Shown here in pieces: positions 9,052 to 18,477 of a stretch of DNA of 56,697 nucleotides. The translations under genes and the position numbers were made by a program. How positions within the stretch are numbered: position 1 is the first letter of the stretch; each line of letters begins with the position of its first letter. The stretch comes from a phage: the sequence record PZ513998.1, one strand, 5' to 3'. The notes below the pieces were generated by a model. That model saw only the letters and a list, made by a program, of their open reading frames with translations. It did no database searches and was not told the DNA's origin.

Positions 9052-10380
9052 ATGGATAAATCATTTTTACATCGACTTATGTTGGCTTGCGAAAATGACG
9101 GACATTCGATATTCGCACCGTCATACTCCGCAACTTGGATGAATTGCCCCGGGTCGCTAGTACCTAGCATCTTGGAGGAAGATTCAGCCGGGTTCGAGGC
9201 AGCCGAGGGAACCATCGCCCACGCTATTGCTGAGGAGTGGTTGAGAACCGGGAACAGGCCCGACCACTTATTAAATACAACTCAGGTACACGAGGAGAAC
9301 GGAAATCGATTCGAGATCCCGGTCGACCACGAAATGTTCGAGTATCTTCAAGAATACATTAAGATGTGCGGTGAGAACAAAGGCGATCAGTTTGTAGAAA
9401 CTAAAGTGTGGTTCACGGACTTAATGCCGATCGCCAACCCGGACGCAGACGAGCTAAACGGGGAAGATGAAAGCCCGATTAAGTTTATCCGACAAGGCGG
9501 TACGTGTGACCACGCTGTATGCCAACCCGGTAAATTAATCATAACCGATTTGAAATACGGGCAATTCATTCACGTTTCTACTGACGACAATACTCAATTG
9601 AAATTGTACGCATACGGATTCTTTAGAGAGTTCGACGAAAAGTATCACTTCGAAGATATAGAGATCCGTATCTGTCAACCGAGAAAATATAATTTTGGCC
9701 GGTTTAAGATGACCCGTTCGGAGATTATCGCTTTCGGGGAGCGAGTGAAAAAAGCCACCAAAGAAGCGTGGAGTATGGACGCTCTACGTTACCCAAGTGA
9801 AAAGGCTTGCGAGTGGTGTAAGATATCCTACAAATGCCCGGCGAACTTCGCAAGAATACTAGATCTCAAGAACGGCAGATACAGCCCTAACCCATTCGGA
9901 TACTCGGCGGACGACATGGCAAGTATAAAAGATCTCCTCAGAGAAGAACTAAATTTACAATTAAAAGAGACTTCCCTATTGACATGGGAGGAAATTTCGT
10001 TAATATACCCACATCGCAAGCCGATAGAGAAGTGGTTCAAAGATGTTGAGAAAGCAGCATCAAAACGGATCATGGAGGGTAAGCCGATAAAAGGCTTGAA
10101 GATGGTAGCGAAAAGAGGGACTCGGCAGTTTGTTGAGGAGTCCACGGCCACGGAAGAACTAGAATTTGTAGGGCTAGACGAAAGTCAAATAAACCCCACA
10201 AAGATGATATCCCCGAAACAGGCCGAAACACTATTGAAAAAGCTAGGATATGATAAAGATGTTGTTAAAAGCATCTTGTCTGACCTGACTTTTACAAAAC
10301 CGGGCGAACCGACGTTAGTTACAGAGGACGACCCACGAAAAGACCTAAACGAGAAGTATCAAGAAGTTTGGGACGATTAA
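9052..10380 (+). CDS. DUF2800-like PD-(D/E)xK (Cas4-like) nuclease
   Basis: 442 aa; N-terminal MDKSFLHRLMLACENDGHSIFAPSYSATWMNCPGS; Cys cluster CEWCKISYKCP; conserved partner of DUF2815 and PolA. Confidence 0.55.
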   Translation: MDKSFLHRLMLACENDGHSIFAPSYSATWMNCPGSLVPSILEEDSAGFEAAEGTIAHAIAEEWLRTGNRPDHLLNTTQVHEENGNRFEIPVDHEMFEYLQEYIKMCGENKGDQFVETKVWFTDLMPIANPDADELNGEDESPIKFIRQGGTCDHAVCQPGKLIITDLKYGQFIHVSTDDNTQLKLYAYGFFREFDEKYHFEDIEIRICQPRKYNFGRFKMTRSEIIAFGERVKKATKEAWSMDALRYPSEKACEWCKISYKCPANFARILDLKNGRYSPNPFGYSADDMASIKDLLREELNLQLKETSLLTWEEISLIYPHRKPIEKWFKDVEKAASKRIMEGKPIKGLKMVAKRGTRQFVEESTATEELEFVGLDESQINPTKMISPKQAETLLKKLGYDKDVVKSILSDLTFTKPGEPTLVTEDDPRKDLNEKYQEVWDD

Positions 10381-10863
10381 ATGTCACAACAAAACGGCGT
10401 TTTAGAAATGTTATTAGCTAGCTTCGCAACTTTAAACGAGAATATCGAGAAGTTAAACGGAAACATCGAAGCGTTGGTAGCTAACGGCGTAGCATCGGGT
10501 AAAACTGAAACTAATGCCGACACTAAAGCTGAAAGCAAATCTGAAACTAAAGCAGAAAGCAAGTCAGAGACTAAGACAGAAGAAAAGAAAGCGGATAAAA
10601 AATCTAATTCTAAAAAATCTGAAAAACAAGCTGACAAGCCGGCGGATAAACCTAAATACACTAAATCAGACATCACCGAAGCGCTTCGCAAAGTTCGAGC
10701 TGATATCGACAAAGAAGAAGCGGTTCGCATCATCAATGAAGTCGGCGGTGTTGAGAAGATGGGCCAGATCCCAGAAGATAAGTATGAAGCTGTTTTCCAA
10801 GCGTGTGAAGCATCTCTTAACGGTGAATCAGATGACGACTCAGGCGATGACGACGATATGTAA
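10381..10863 (+). CDS. hypothetical acidic protein with KSETK repeats
   Basis: 160 aa; repeats ESKSETKAESKSETKTEEKK and Asp-rich C-terminus SDDDSGDDDDM; function unknown. Confidence 0.35.
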   Translation: MSQQNGVLEMLLASFATLNENIEKLNGNIEALVANGVASGKTETNADTKAESKSETKAESKSETKTEEKKADKKSNSKKSEKQADKPADKPKYTKSDITEALRKVRADIDKEEAVRIINEVGGVEKMGQIPEDKYEAVFQACEASLNGESDDDSGDDDDM

Positions 10864-11199
10864 TTGACTGGATTGTCTCGTTTCGACACGGCCTATAATA
10901 CTCGTTATGAAATCCCTGTCAACACCTTTTTGACGAAATTTTTATATCGGGTATCCACCTCAATGTTAGGCCACCCGAAAAGTTTCATTGCCGGTAAGAT
11001 GTTTATCGCCTTTTAGGTGATACTTTTATCCTCTCAACTGATATCGCTCTCAGGTGGCCGTAGATTTAAGTCCGTTCACGTATTGACTTTCTGTTTTAAG
11101 TGGAATATCCCGCGCGTTGACTTATCTATAATTCTTGCGGTATTATCTGCGTCTACCCTCGGGTTAGATTTATCACAACTAAGGAGCAAGTATTTATGA

Positions 11200-11484
11200 A
11201 TGAAAGAGAGTAATTTCCCATCGTGGGCGAAGAACAATAAAACGGGTCGACTTAAATTCATGATCCGGCATTTAGCCAGTTTCGCTTCGGAGGAGGGCCA
11301 CCTAGTTTTCCTGTGCCGAGACGCTAAACTGTCGGTTCGTGGTGTCTCACAAGCAATCGACCGAGGAGAATTCACCTTTCAAATGGCGGATAAACTCGTT
11401 AAGGCTGCAAGCGTTGCTGGAAACCCGGACGTCACAGTTATGAACCTATTAAAACCTATGGAATCATTTAAAGAGGACAAATAA
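11200..11484 (+). CDS. hypothetical protein
   Basis: 94-aa ORF; AAGGAG 9-13 nt upstream (11182-11187). Confidence 0.3.
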   Translation: MKESNFPSWAKNNKTGRLKFMIRHLASFASEEGHLVFLCRDAKLSVRGVSQAIDRGEFTFQMADKLVKAASVAGNPDVTVMNLLKPMESFKEDK

Positions 11485-14160
11485 ATGTCTAACGTTTTCA
11501 AATCTCGTGGCCCTGAACTTTTCGACAATGGATACGAAGTCGTACCTATTACTCGTATCGACGCAACTGACAGCAAAGGGAAATTATTGTCTGGCGCGGG
11601 TAAAGCCCCGGCGTTAAAAGGGTGGCAGAAAATAGAGATCACTTCTGACATCGTTAATGAATGGGCGACGGGTAGTCGCTCTCGCTGTGGTGTGGGTATT
11701 CGTACCCACCGTAACCCTGCTGTCGATATCGACTGTTTAGACGCCGAAGCGTCAGAACACATGACGGCTTTCGTTGAGTCGGAAGTGGGCTTTGCTCCTA
11801 TCCGTGTTGGGCGTGAACCTAAAGCGCTACTCCTCTATTATACAGAACGTCCTTTCACAAAAGTAAAATCAACCATCTTCGTTGATGAAAACGGGAATGA
11901 AAACGCTGTCGAGATATTAGGAAGCGGGCAACAATTCGTTGCTTACGGTATCCACCCGGGAACTAAGAAACCGTATAAATGGGTTACTAAAGGCGAGTCG
12001 CCTGCGGAAAACCAAGCGGATTTTGACCTTGAAGAAATCACACTAGAAGACGCGAGAAAAATTATTGCGGAATTCGACCGGTATGCGAAAGAGCGCGGTT
12101 GGAAACCTTTAAAAAGTAAAAGCGGTACGGTCATCAAGCCATCTTTGGGCTACTACTTAGATGCTCCGGAAGAACTATCAGACTGGTCGGACGAGTCGGA
12201 CTTTGACGATGATGAAGACGATTGGGTCACTACTGATGATATCACCGATAAATGGGACGGTACTTACGAAGAACTTTACGAAATCTTCGAAAATGATATC
12301 GAACCATCTTACGATTACCACACTTGGATTCCTGTTCTGGCTGCACTTAAAGACGCCGAACGTGAGCCGGACGAGTTTAAAGAGATCGCGAGAATGTGGT
12401 CTGCTCGGGCCGAGGAGTCTTTCGATAACGATGCCTTTGAAGATAAATGGGAAAACGGTAATTTCAATCGTGTTGGTAAATACGCTAAGACATTACGAGG
12501 AGTAATTGCCGAAGCGGAAAAGATCCAAGGCGTTCGCGAAATTGAGGACGTAGTTATACCTTTATTCGAAAAAGCTACTGACTTGGCCGAGTGGACTTTA
12601 GCTGCCGACCGCCTACGTGAAACGTGGGCTTTCGGTTTAGAAAGAGAGACGGCCATAAACATTGCTTGCGAAAAGTATAAGAAAGTCACTAACGGGTTAA
12701 AACTTACGGACGTTCAAAAGAAACGATATCTTAGTATCGATTACTCTCTCTTTGACGCTCCCGAATGGTTGGCTCCTTGGGTTTATTGTACTACGGATAA
12801 CGAGTTTATTAACTTAGACAATAGAACCAGAATGAACCCTAAATCTTTCGCGAATGCCTATAACCGAGAAACTGTGAAGAAATTCGGGGTAGCTGCGGAC
12901 GTTTTCGCCACGGTTGAAAGACCCGTTCCTGTTATCCACGATACGATGTATTACCCGTTGATGCACGGTGAGATGCCTAAGAACAAATGGAAGCGGGTTC
13001 CGGGTATTAATGACAAGCGTGTTTTCGAATACAACGGTTTGACGTTCTTAAATACCTTTGACCATCGTTCCATGCCTGAGACCGCAACAAAAATTTCGAC
13101 CGCTGGATATAAGGCGATCGGGGAGGTAAAACGATACTTCGAAATACAGTATCCAGATCCAGACGAACGAAGACATGCGATGGACTGGATCGCGTGGGTT
13201 ATCAATAATCCTGTTAGAAAGATTAACTATATGCTTCTCGTTCTTGGTGGTCAGGGTTCCGGTAAAACCATCGTTAAGAAGTTTATGGAACACATGCTCG
13301 GCTCTGATAACGTCTCTACGATTTCGAATAAGGTTATCCATGGTAATTTTACCGGGTGGCAGTCTGGTCACATGCTCAAAGTTATTGAGGAAATATCGGT
13401 GAGTGGTCATCGCTACGACGTTATGAACTCATTGAAAGAGCCGATATCGAATGAAACGTTACAGATCGAAGCGAAGTACCGTGACCCACGCCAGTGTGTG
13501 AATACTTCGTCGTATATGGCATTTACCAATGATGTTGGTGCTTTGCCTCTTACATCAAGTGACCGTCGCTTCTTGTTAGTTCGTAGTGCGTTCCAGCACA
13601 AGCGTGAAGTCACTGAATACCTACGGAAAGACCCTAATTACTTTAAACGGTTTGAGAAAGCCTTTACTAAACACGCACCGGAGATCCGCAAATGGTTTAG
13701 CGAGTGGGAGTATTCCGAGGGCTTCAAACACGATGGTAACGCTCCTGAAACGGTGAGTATGGGAAGCATGTCTTTAGCGTCAGAAGACGATTTCACCTCC
13801 GTAGTAATGGGGGCCGTAGATGATTGTGAGAAAGAGTTAGAATTTACATCGGGGATCACAGACGAAGTAATTTTCATTCCATCGGCAGTAGATTTAGTCC
13901 GAGATAGGTCTAAGGTTCCTAACGGGAAAATAATATATCGCATACTCGCTGAATATGGTTTCTTCCGGCCTGTGGATTCTCGTACACAAATAAGATTTAA
14001 TGACGTAAGAGGACAAGTTGTTGTCGCGAATAGACATAAATGGCTCTATCCTGATGGGAGTGTCAACGTAGATAAGATTAAAGAGCATTTAGAGGAGAAC
14101 GAACGCCGGGTAGAAGAACAAGAAAGCAAGAGAGAGTTAGAAGAAACTGACGTTTTCTAA
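11485..14160 (+). CDS. DNA primase-polymerase (prim-pol) fused to D5/P-loop helicase
   Basis: 891 aa; N-terminal prim-pol-like segment (GKAPALKGW, VGIRTHRNPAVDIDCLD, EILGSGQQFVAYGIHP); C-terminal Walker A LVLGGQGSGKT. Confidence 0.75.
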   Translation: MSNVFKSRGPELFDNGYEVVPITRIDATDSKGKLLSGAGKAPALKGWQKIEITSDIVNEWATGSRSRCGVGIRTHRNPAVDIDCLDAEASEHMTAFVESEVGFAPIRVGREPKALLLYYTERPFTKVKSTIFVDENGNENAVEILGSGQQFVAYGIHPGTKKPYKWVTKGESPAENQADFDLEEITLEDARKIIAEFDRYAKERGWKPLKSKSGTVIKPSLGYYLDAPEELSDWSDESDFDDDEDDWVTTDDITDKWDGTYEELYEIFENDIEPSYDYHTWIPVLAALKDAEREPDEFKEIARMWSARAEESFDNDAFEDKWENGNFNRVGKYAKTLRGVIAEAEKIQGVREIEDVVIPLFEKATDLAEWTLAADRLRETWAFGLERETAINIACEKYKKVTNGLKLTDVQKKRYLSIDYSLFDAPEWLAPWVYCTTDNEFINLDNRTRMNPKSFANAYNRETVKKFGVAADVFATVERPVPVIHDTMYYPLMHGEMPKNKWKRVPGINDKRVFEYNGLTFLNTFDHRSMPETATKISTAGYKAIGEVKRYFEIQYPDPDERRHAMDWIAWVINNPVRKINYMLLVLGGQGSGKTIVKKFMEHMLGSDNVSTISNKVIHGNFTGWQSGHMLKVIEEISVSGHRYDVMNSLKEPISNETLQIEAKYRDPRQCVNTSSYMAFTNDVGALPLTSSDRRFLLVRSAFQHKREVTEYLRKDPNYFKRFEKAFTKHAPEIRKWFSEWEYSEGFKHDGNAPETVSMGSMSLASEDDFTSVVMGAVDDCEKELEFTSGITDEVIFIPSAVDLVRDRSKVPNGKIIYRILAEYGFFRPVDSRTQIRFNDVRGQVVVANRHKWLYPDGSVNVDKIKEHLEENERRVEEQESKRELEETDVF

Positions 14161-14294
14161 ATGTTGTACAAAAATCACCCAACACACATGATCGAATTAC
14201 CTTTATATAGCTTATATATATATTTTTCTATTTTTCCTTTCCTATCTATTTTTTCTTTCTTCTGGAATTTCTATTTTATTATCTATTACTGTGT

Positions 14295-14350
14295 TTGCTG
14301 TGTCAGAAAGAAAGTAATATAGTTGCTGTGTCAGAAAGAAAGTAATATAG
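14295..14350. repeat. tandem direct repeat, 2 x 28 bp (TTGCTGTGTCAGAAAGAAAGTAATATAG)
   Basis: two perfect adjacent copies at 14295-14322 and 14323-14350, inside an AT-rich stretch. Confidence 0.9.
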
Positions 14351-15090
14351 TAAAAACAATAACTTACCTTGGAACACCTATTGGAACATCAGCCGGCACA
14401 GCAATTTCCTGTGACACACCACCAGCCATGGTAATACCTAAAACGGCGCATAACTATTTGATATTATTACGGAATTACCTAAAATACCGGTCATTACGGT
14501 AAATGATGTCCCCTATTGCTAAAGCCTGTGCGTCGCTCTCCGTGCTTTCTAGAGAAGAATCACTTTTAAATCGAAAAAGGTACTTGGACGAGTTGTCCGG
14601 TTGGGCGGGGGTGCGCAGAGCCGTCTTCCAGAAATTTGTCCGGGATCTGCCATAGATGTTTGGGTGTTCGGGTGGGCGGTGTTGTGGGTTAGATGTGCTT
14701 CAAATTGTAAGCGTGTGCGATTGTGCGAGGCGATCGCGGTGTTAGTTGTCGGTCGTATCCGTTGAGCGGGGGTATAGCGCCTCGGGTGAACACGCCGATC
14801 GGGAACGTCGTTTTTACGTTTTGTGCGGGTGTTCGGGTGTGCGGTTGTACCGCATGACGTTTTTACAAATATAAATGCGGTCGCGCCAGCGCCTACCCAC
14901 CCAACACCACCACCCCAAGCCCTCACTCTCCCCCATTCCCCCCCACCCTATGGAAAATTGCCGTAAAGCCATGTGTTGCGTCCTCAGCGTGTTTTGCCCG
15001 CTAGGTAAGGCCGATGTATTACCTACGATGAGTTATGCCCGTGTGGTTCGATTGAGGGCGGAAGACGGCGCTTTGTTTGTTCCGACTTAA

Positions 15091-15330
15091 ATGAGCATTC
15101 TCAAGATGCTACTCTCCGGTGTGTACAACGTGGGCGCCGTGTGTTTCTTCGGCCTAATTTCGATTTATATTCTCTCGTTCTTTTTCCGCGCCCTACAAAA
15201 CCACGGTTTCGACGGTCTACACCGCACTACGTTAGTTCTCGAATCAATCGGCGCTATCATGATGGTCGTCTTCATGGTTTGCGTTGCGATCTTGGTGTTC
15301 GCCGGAGGCGTCGCCCTAACAATCCGGTAG
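15091..15330 (+). CDS. hypothetical small membrane protein (2 predicted TM helices)
   Basis: 79 aa; hydrophobic stretches GAVCFFGLISIYILSFFF and IGAIMMVVFMVCVAILVFAGGVAL. Confidence 0.3.
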   Translation: MSILKMLLSGVYNVGAVCFFGLISIYILSFFFRALQNHGFDGLHRTTLVLESIGAIMMVVFMVCVAILVFAGGVALTIR

Positions 15331-15909
15331 ATGAGTTGTAACTGTTTCGATCGTATTCAAAAATCGATGGCTGATCGGGTGGCCGGTAAGTTGCCGAACG
15401 GCGCAATAATACACTCGGCGGAGTGGAAAACAGAAGTGTTAGCTATTGAAAATAAAAAGTTGAAAACCCGATATTTTCTAGACTTCACCATAGAGTATCA
15501 AGAGCGTAGACCGGACGGGACGCTCTACTCGACGGTAACAAAATCTGATTTTCCTGTGTTTATGAATTATTGCCCGTTCTGTGGCGTAAAGTTCGAGGAG
15601 GACGAACAAACTCAGGATCAGGAAGACCGTTTTAAATTCCCTGCGCTAGTCTACGTCAAAAATGGAAAAGACCCCATCGCACACACGGGGGCAACGTTAC
15701 AACGAAGTGGGACAGAACACCCTCGCGGAATGTTTGCGGAGTACGTGAACGTGCGAACCAATGAGCGGATTTACTTTTCTGAGTCGTTGATGTCCTCCCG
15801 CCTAGACGGTGGCGATTACGTCGAGATCCCCGACGACTGGGAACAACTCAGCGACTATTGCCAGAAAGACATAATCGCAGAACGAAAAGCACGAGGCGGT
15901 CGAAAATGA
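15331..15909 (+). CDS. hypothetical protein with Cys pairs (CNCF ... CPFCG)
   Basis: 192-aa ORF; possible zinc ribbon; no family recognised. Confidence 0.3.
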   Translation: MSCNCFDRIQKSMADRVAGKLPNGAIIHSAEWKTEVLAIENKKLKTRYFLDFTIEYQERRPDGTLYSTVTKSDFPVFMNYCPFCGVKFEEDEQTQDQEDRFKFPALVYVKNGKDPIAHTGATLQRSGTEHPRGMFAEYVNVRTNERIYFSESLMSSRLDGGDYVEIPDDWEQLSDYCQKDIIAERKARGGRK

Positions 15910-16122
15910 ATGGAAATAATCAACGCTTGGCCGTTTTGTCTCGGTGTCGTTTTGATGGTGTTAGGGTTCGGCGTGGCTGTCCTGTGTATCGTGGGGACGA
16001 ACAAAGCGACCCGAAGCGAAACCTTTGAGAAATTACGCGCTGTAAGTTTAGCCGGAATCACCTTTGTGATGGTGGGCGCGTGTTTCGTCATCTACTCGTC
16101 TGTTAGGAGTCAATTATTATGA
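15910..16122 (+). CDS. hypothetical small membrane protein
   Basis: 70 aa; two hydrophobic helices (WPFCLGVVLMVLGFGVAVLCIV, LAGITFVMVGACFVIY). Confidence 0.3.
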   Translation: MEIINAWPFCLGVVLMVLGFGVAVLCIVGTNKATRSETFEKLRAVSLAGITFVMVGACFVIYSSVRSQLL

Positions 16123-16812
16123 ATGATCGTATTAACTGGTTGTACTCAAAACACGTTTGACATGAAGATCCACACTAAAGCGGGCGCCGTTTTCCATACA
16201 AATATTAGCTTTGAAGATTTCCGCACTAAAGCCAGTGGGGCTTCGTACCACTTGCATAAAATGGGTCATGAACTGGGCGACGTTGAGTCTCTTGGCATGG
16301 TTCCGGAAGATAGGTTTAACCGTGTGCGCTTTTGGGCGCATGGCATGGAAAAGCTGATCGTAGCGCATAATACCGGCTTTCACTCGTTCGACTTTCTCCA
16401 CGTTGATTTATTGCCGATAAATACACTACTAGGTGAGGTCAAAACGCCGTTAATCATTCCGTCGTTGATTGGTGGCGTGAATCTCGGCACATGGAAAAAC
16501 GATTGTTATTTAATTACCTCACCCTTGGCGAAAGATAACGGTAAATCGGTTCTAGTATGTCAAGGGGAGAAAGTTCTAGAGGACGAGGAACTAACGCAAT
16601 CAGAGCTAGACGCGGGGGAGAACTTGAACACACTCACCGTATTAACTGACCTGCAAACACTCCGCCAGCCTTACCTAGTCAGCGATGGCGATTTATTTTG
16701 CGACCAGTTCGATTCTAGCGTGGGGATTGTGTTAAACGTTGTCGCGGACACCTACGGGGATATTGTCATTAACCCACACGGAATAGCAAATACTCAATTT
16801 ATGGATCGCTAG
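16123..16812 (+). CDS. hypothetical protein
   Basis: 229-aa ORF; no motif recognised. Confidence 0.3.
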   Translation: MIVLTGCTQNTFDMKIHTKAGAVFHTNISFEDFRTKASGASYHLHKMGHELGDVESLGMVPEDRFNRVRFWAHGMEKLIVAHNTGFHSFDFLHVDLLPINTLLGEVKTPLIIPSLIGGVNLGTWKNDCYLITSPLAKDNGKSVLVCQGEKVLEDEELTQSELDAGENLNTLTVLTDLQTLRQPYLVSDGDLFCDQFDSSVGIVLNVVADTYGDIVINPHGIANTQFMDR

Positions 16813-17613
16813 ATGAAAAAGATTACTATCGGTGCTTCAGAACGTGCGGAATTACGTCAAATTTGTAACGTTATCAAAGCTAATCCTACGCACTATGAAA
16901 CGGTTACTTACACGAATAAAGACGCGACCGCATCTATCAAAGTTAAATATTCCGCCGGCGAAAAACTAACGTATAAAGCCTTTATCACCGTTATCGTGGG
17001 CGAGAAAGTGGCAACCGAAACCGTAGAAGCCGGAAGTTTTAATATCGTCGAGAACAAGATCCGTGCGTGTGGTTCTGTTGACTACTTGACCGAGTTATCA
17101 AATAAAACCGTATCCCTAGATAAACCGCTTCACGTATCATTGCGTAAATCAATGCAACCAAGCGCACAGCAACGTAGAGGAATCAAGGAGATGACGCGTA
17201 AAGCGGAGAAAGCCGACCCATTGGATTTAGTGCTTATGGATAGCCTCTTGATCGTTCGCAAGTCGTTTGGTGTCGTATATCGTGGCCAAGTTCTAAACTT
17301 CAAAAGTGCTATAAACAATCAAGGGGCGATCAAGATTATCGTGTCTATAAATACGATGTTTAATAACGACTTACAATATGTGTGGTCAATGATATACACC
17401 CTCGACCGTTTGGCCTACGATATACGCAATGGGAACCTCGCCATTCTATCGCATAGTGCGCCGACGAAAGTTTTACGGGTGTACGGTTGGCGCGGTGACT
17501 ATGAGACTATCGCAGTAAACCAGAAAGCCCGACTGTCATCAGTGATCGAGAATTTCATGATTGAGGGTGGTTCTCGTCGCATTGAGTTTCGCCCGTTACC
17601 TCAAAGAAACTAA
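16813..17613 (+). CDS. hypothetical protein
   Basis: 266-aa ORF. Confidence 0.3.
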   Translation: MKKITIGASERAELRQICNVIKANPTHYETVTYTNKDATASIKVKYSAGEKLTYKAFITVIVGEKVATETVEAGSFNIVENKIRACGSVDYLTELSNKTVSLDKPLHVSLRKSMQPSAQQRRGIKEMTRKAEKADPLDLVLMDSLLIVRKSFGVVYRGQVLNFKSAINNQGAIKIIVSINTMFNNDLQYVWSMIYTLDRLAYDIRNGNLAILSHSAPTKVLRVYGWRGDYETIAVNQKARLSSVIENFMIEGGSRRIEFRPLPQRN

Positions 17614-17835
17614 ATGAAGCCGGTAAATAATCCAACCTTGGATAAGACGATCGAGATTTACCAAGAGCGAGGCGAAAATATTTATTACGTTGTTGCGGGC
17701 GGTGTATGGATCGGGACGATTGCCAAGACACCACACCACCTCAAGCCGTGGACTTTCTGCGGGCAAGGTGTGAGCCTTGGCGGGGATTCCTTGGAAATGG
17801 TTAAAAAATCCGTGGTTACGATGCTCACACGGTAA
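17614..17835 (+). CDS. hypothetical protein
   Basis: 73-aa ORF. Confidence 0.25.
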   Translation: MKPVNNPTLDKTIEIYQERGENIYYVVAGGVWIGTIAKTPHHLKPWTFCGQGVSLGGDSLEMVKKSVVTMLTR

Positions 17836-18477
17836 ATGAGACGCGTTGATCCTAAAGACTGTTTAGACATAATCCTAAACTACCATTATGCGAAACGTCG
17901 ACCTAGCATATCTTACGCTTTCGGGTTCTTCGAAGACGAGGAGCTTGTCGGGGTTCTAACTATCGGTAAGCCGGCCAGCAACCCGCTATGTGTTGGAATA
18001 TTGGGCGAGGAGTACAAAAGCCACGTTTTTGAGTTAAACCGACTTTGTTTTATTCGTCCAATCCGTAACGCTCCGTCGCAGTTGATCGCCTTCGCTATGG
18101 CTGAGTTGAAAAGTGAAAACCTTGTCATCGTGTCGTATGCGGATCGCGGTATGAACCACAACGGATATATTTATCAAGCGTCTAATTTCATCTACACGGG
18201 GGCGACGAAAGCGCGCACCGATAAATACACGGAGCAAGGTAAACACTCTCGGCATTATCAAGGAAAGGAAAGCAAGACGTATCGACAAGTCAGAACATCT
18301 AAGCATCGTTACGTTTATTTTACGGGGAGCCGTTCGGTCGTGAAGAAGTATAAAAAGTTGCTTCGATATCCGGTATTGCCTTATCCCAAGGAAGAAAATA
18401 AAAATTATGTGCTCGGATCCGAGTACAAGCAAGAACTCGTTAAGATTAAAGGGGGAGAAAATGAAGCCGGTAAATAA
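17836..18477 (+). CDS. hypothetical protein, possibly GNAT-fold / Mom-like modification enzyme
   Basis: 213 aa; pattern NYHYAKRRP...YAFGFF...GVLTIGKPASNPL...ELNRLCF...LVIVSYAD...HNGYIYQASNF recalls acyltransferase-like phage proteins; recall-based and weak. Confidence 0.25.
   Translation: MRRVDPKDCLDIILNYHYAKRRPSISYAFGFFEDEELVGVLTIGKPASNPLCVGILGEEYKSHVFELNRLCFIRPIRNAPSQLIAFAMAELKSENLVIVSYADRGMNHNGYIYQASNFIYTGATKARTDKYTEQGKHSRHYQGKESKTYRQVRTSKHRYVYFTGSRSVVKKYKKLLRYPVLPYPKEENKNYVLGSEYKQELVKIKGGENEAGK

Noticed and set aside
10377-10889. 170-aa minus-strand ORF
   Set aside because: Antisense to the KSETK-repeat gene; Ser/Leu-rich repeats mirror the sense-strand Lys/Glu repeats.
14295-14350. CRISPR array
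   Set aside because: Only two adjacent copies of a 28-bp unit with no spacers between them and no cas genes; this is a simple tandem repeat.
16123-16812. Lipoprotein (LTGC lipobox-like at residues 4-7)
   Set aside because: The Cys is only 7 residues from the start, with no n-region or hydrophobic h-region, so it is not a credible signal peptide.
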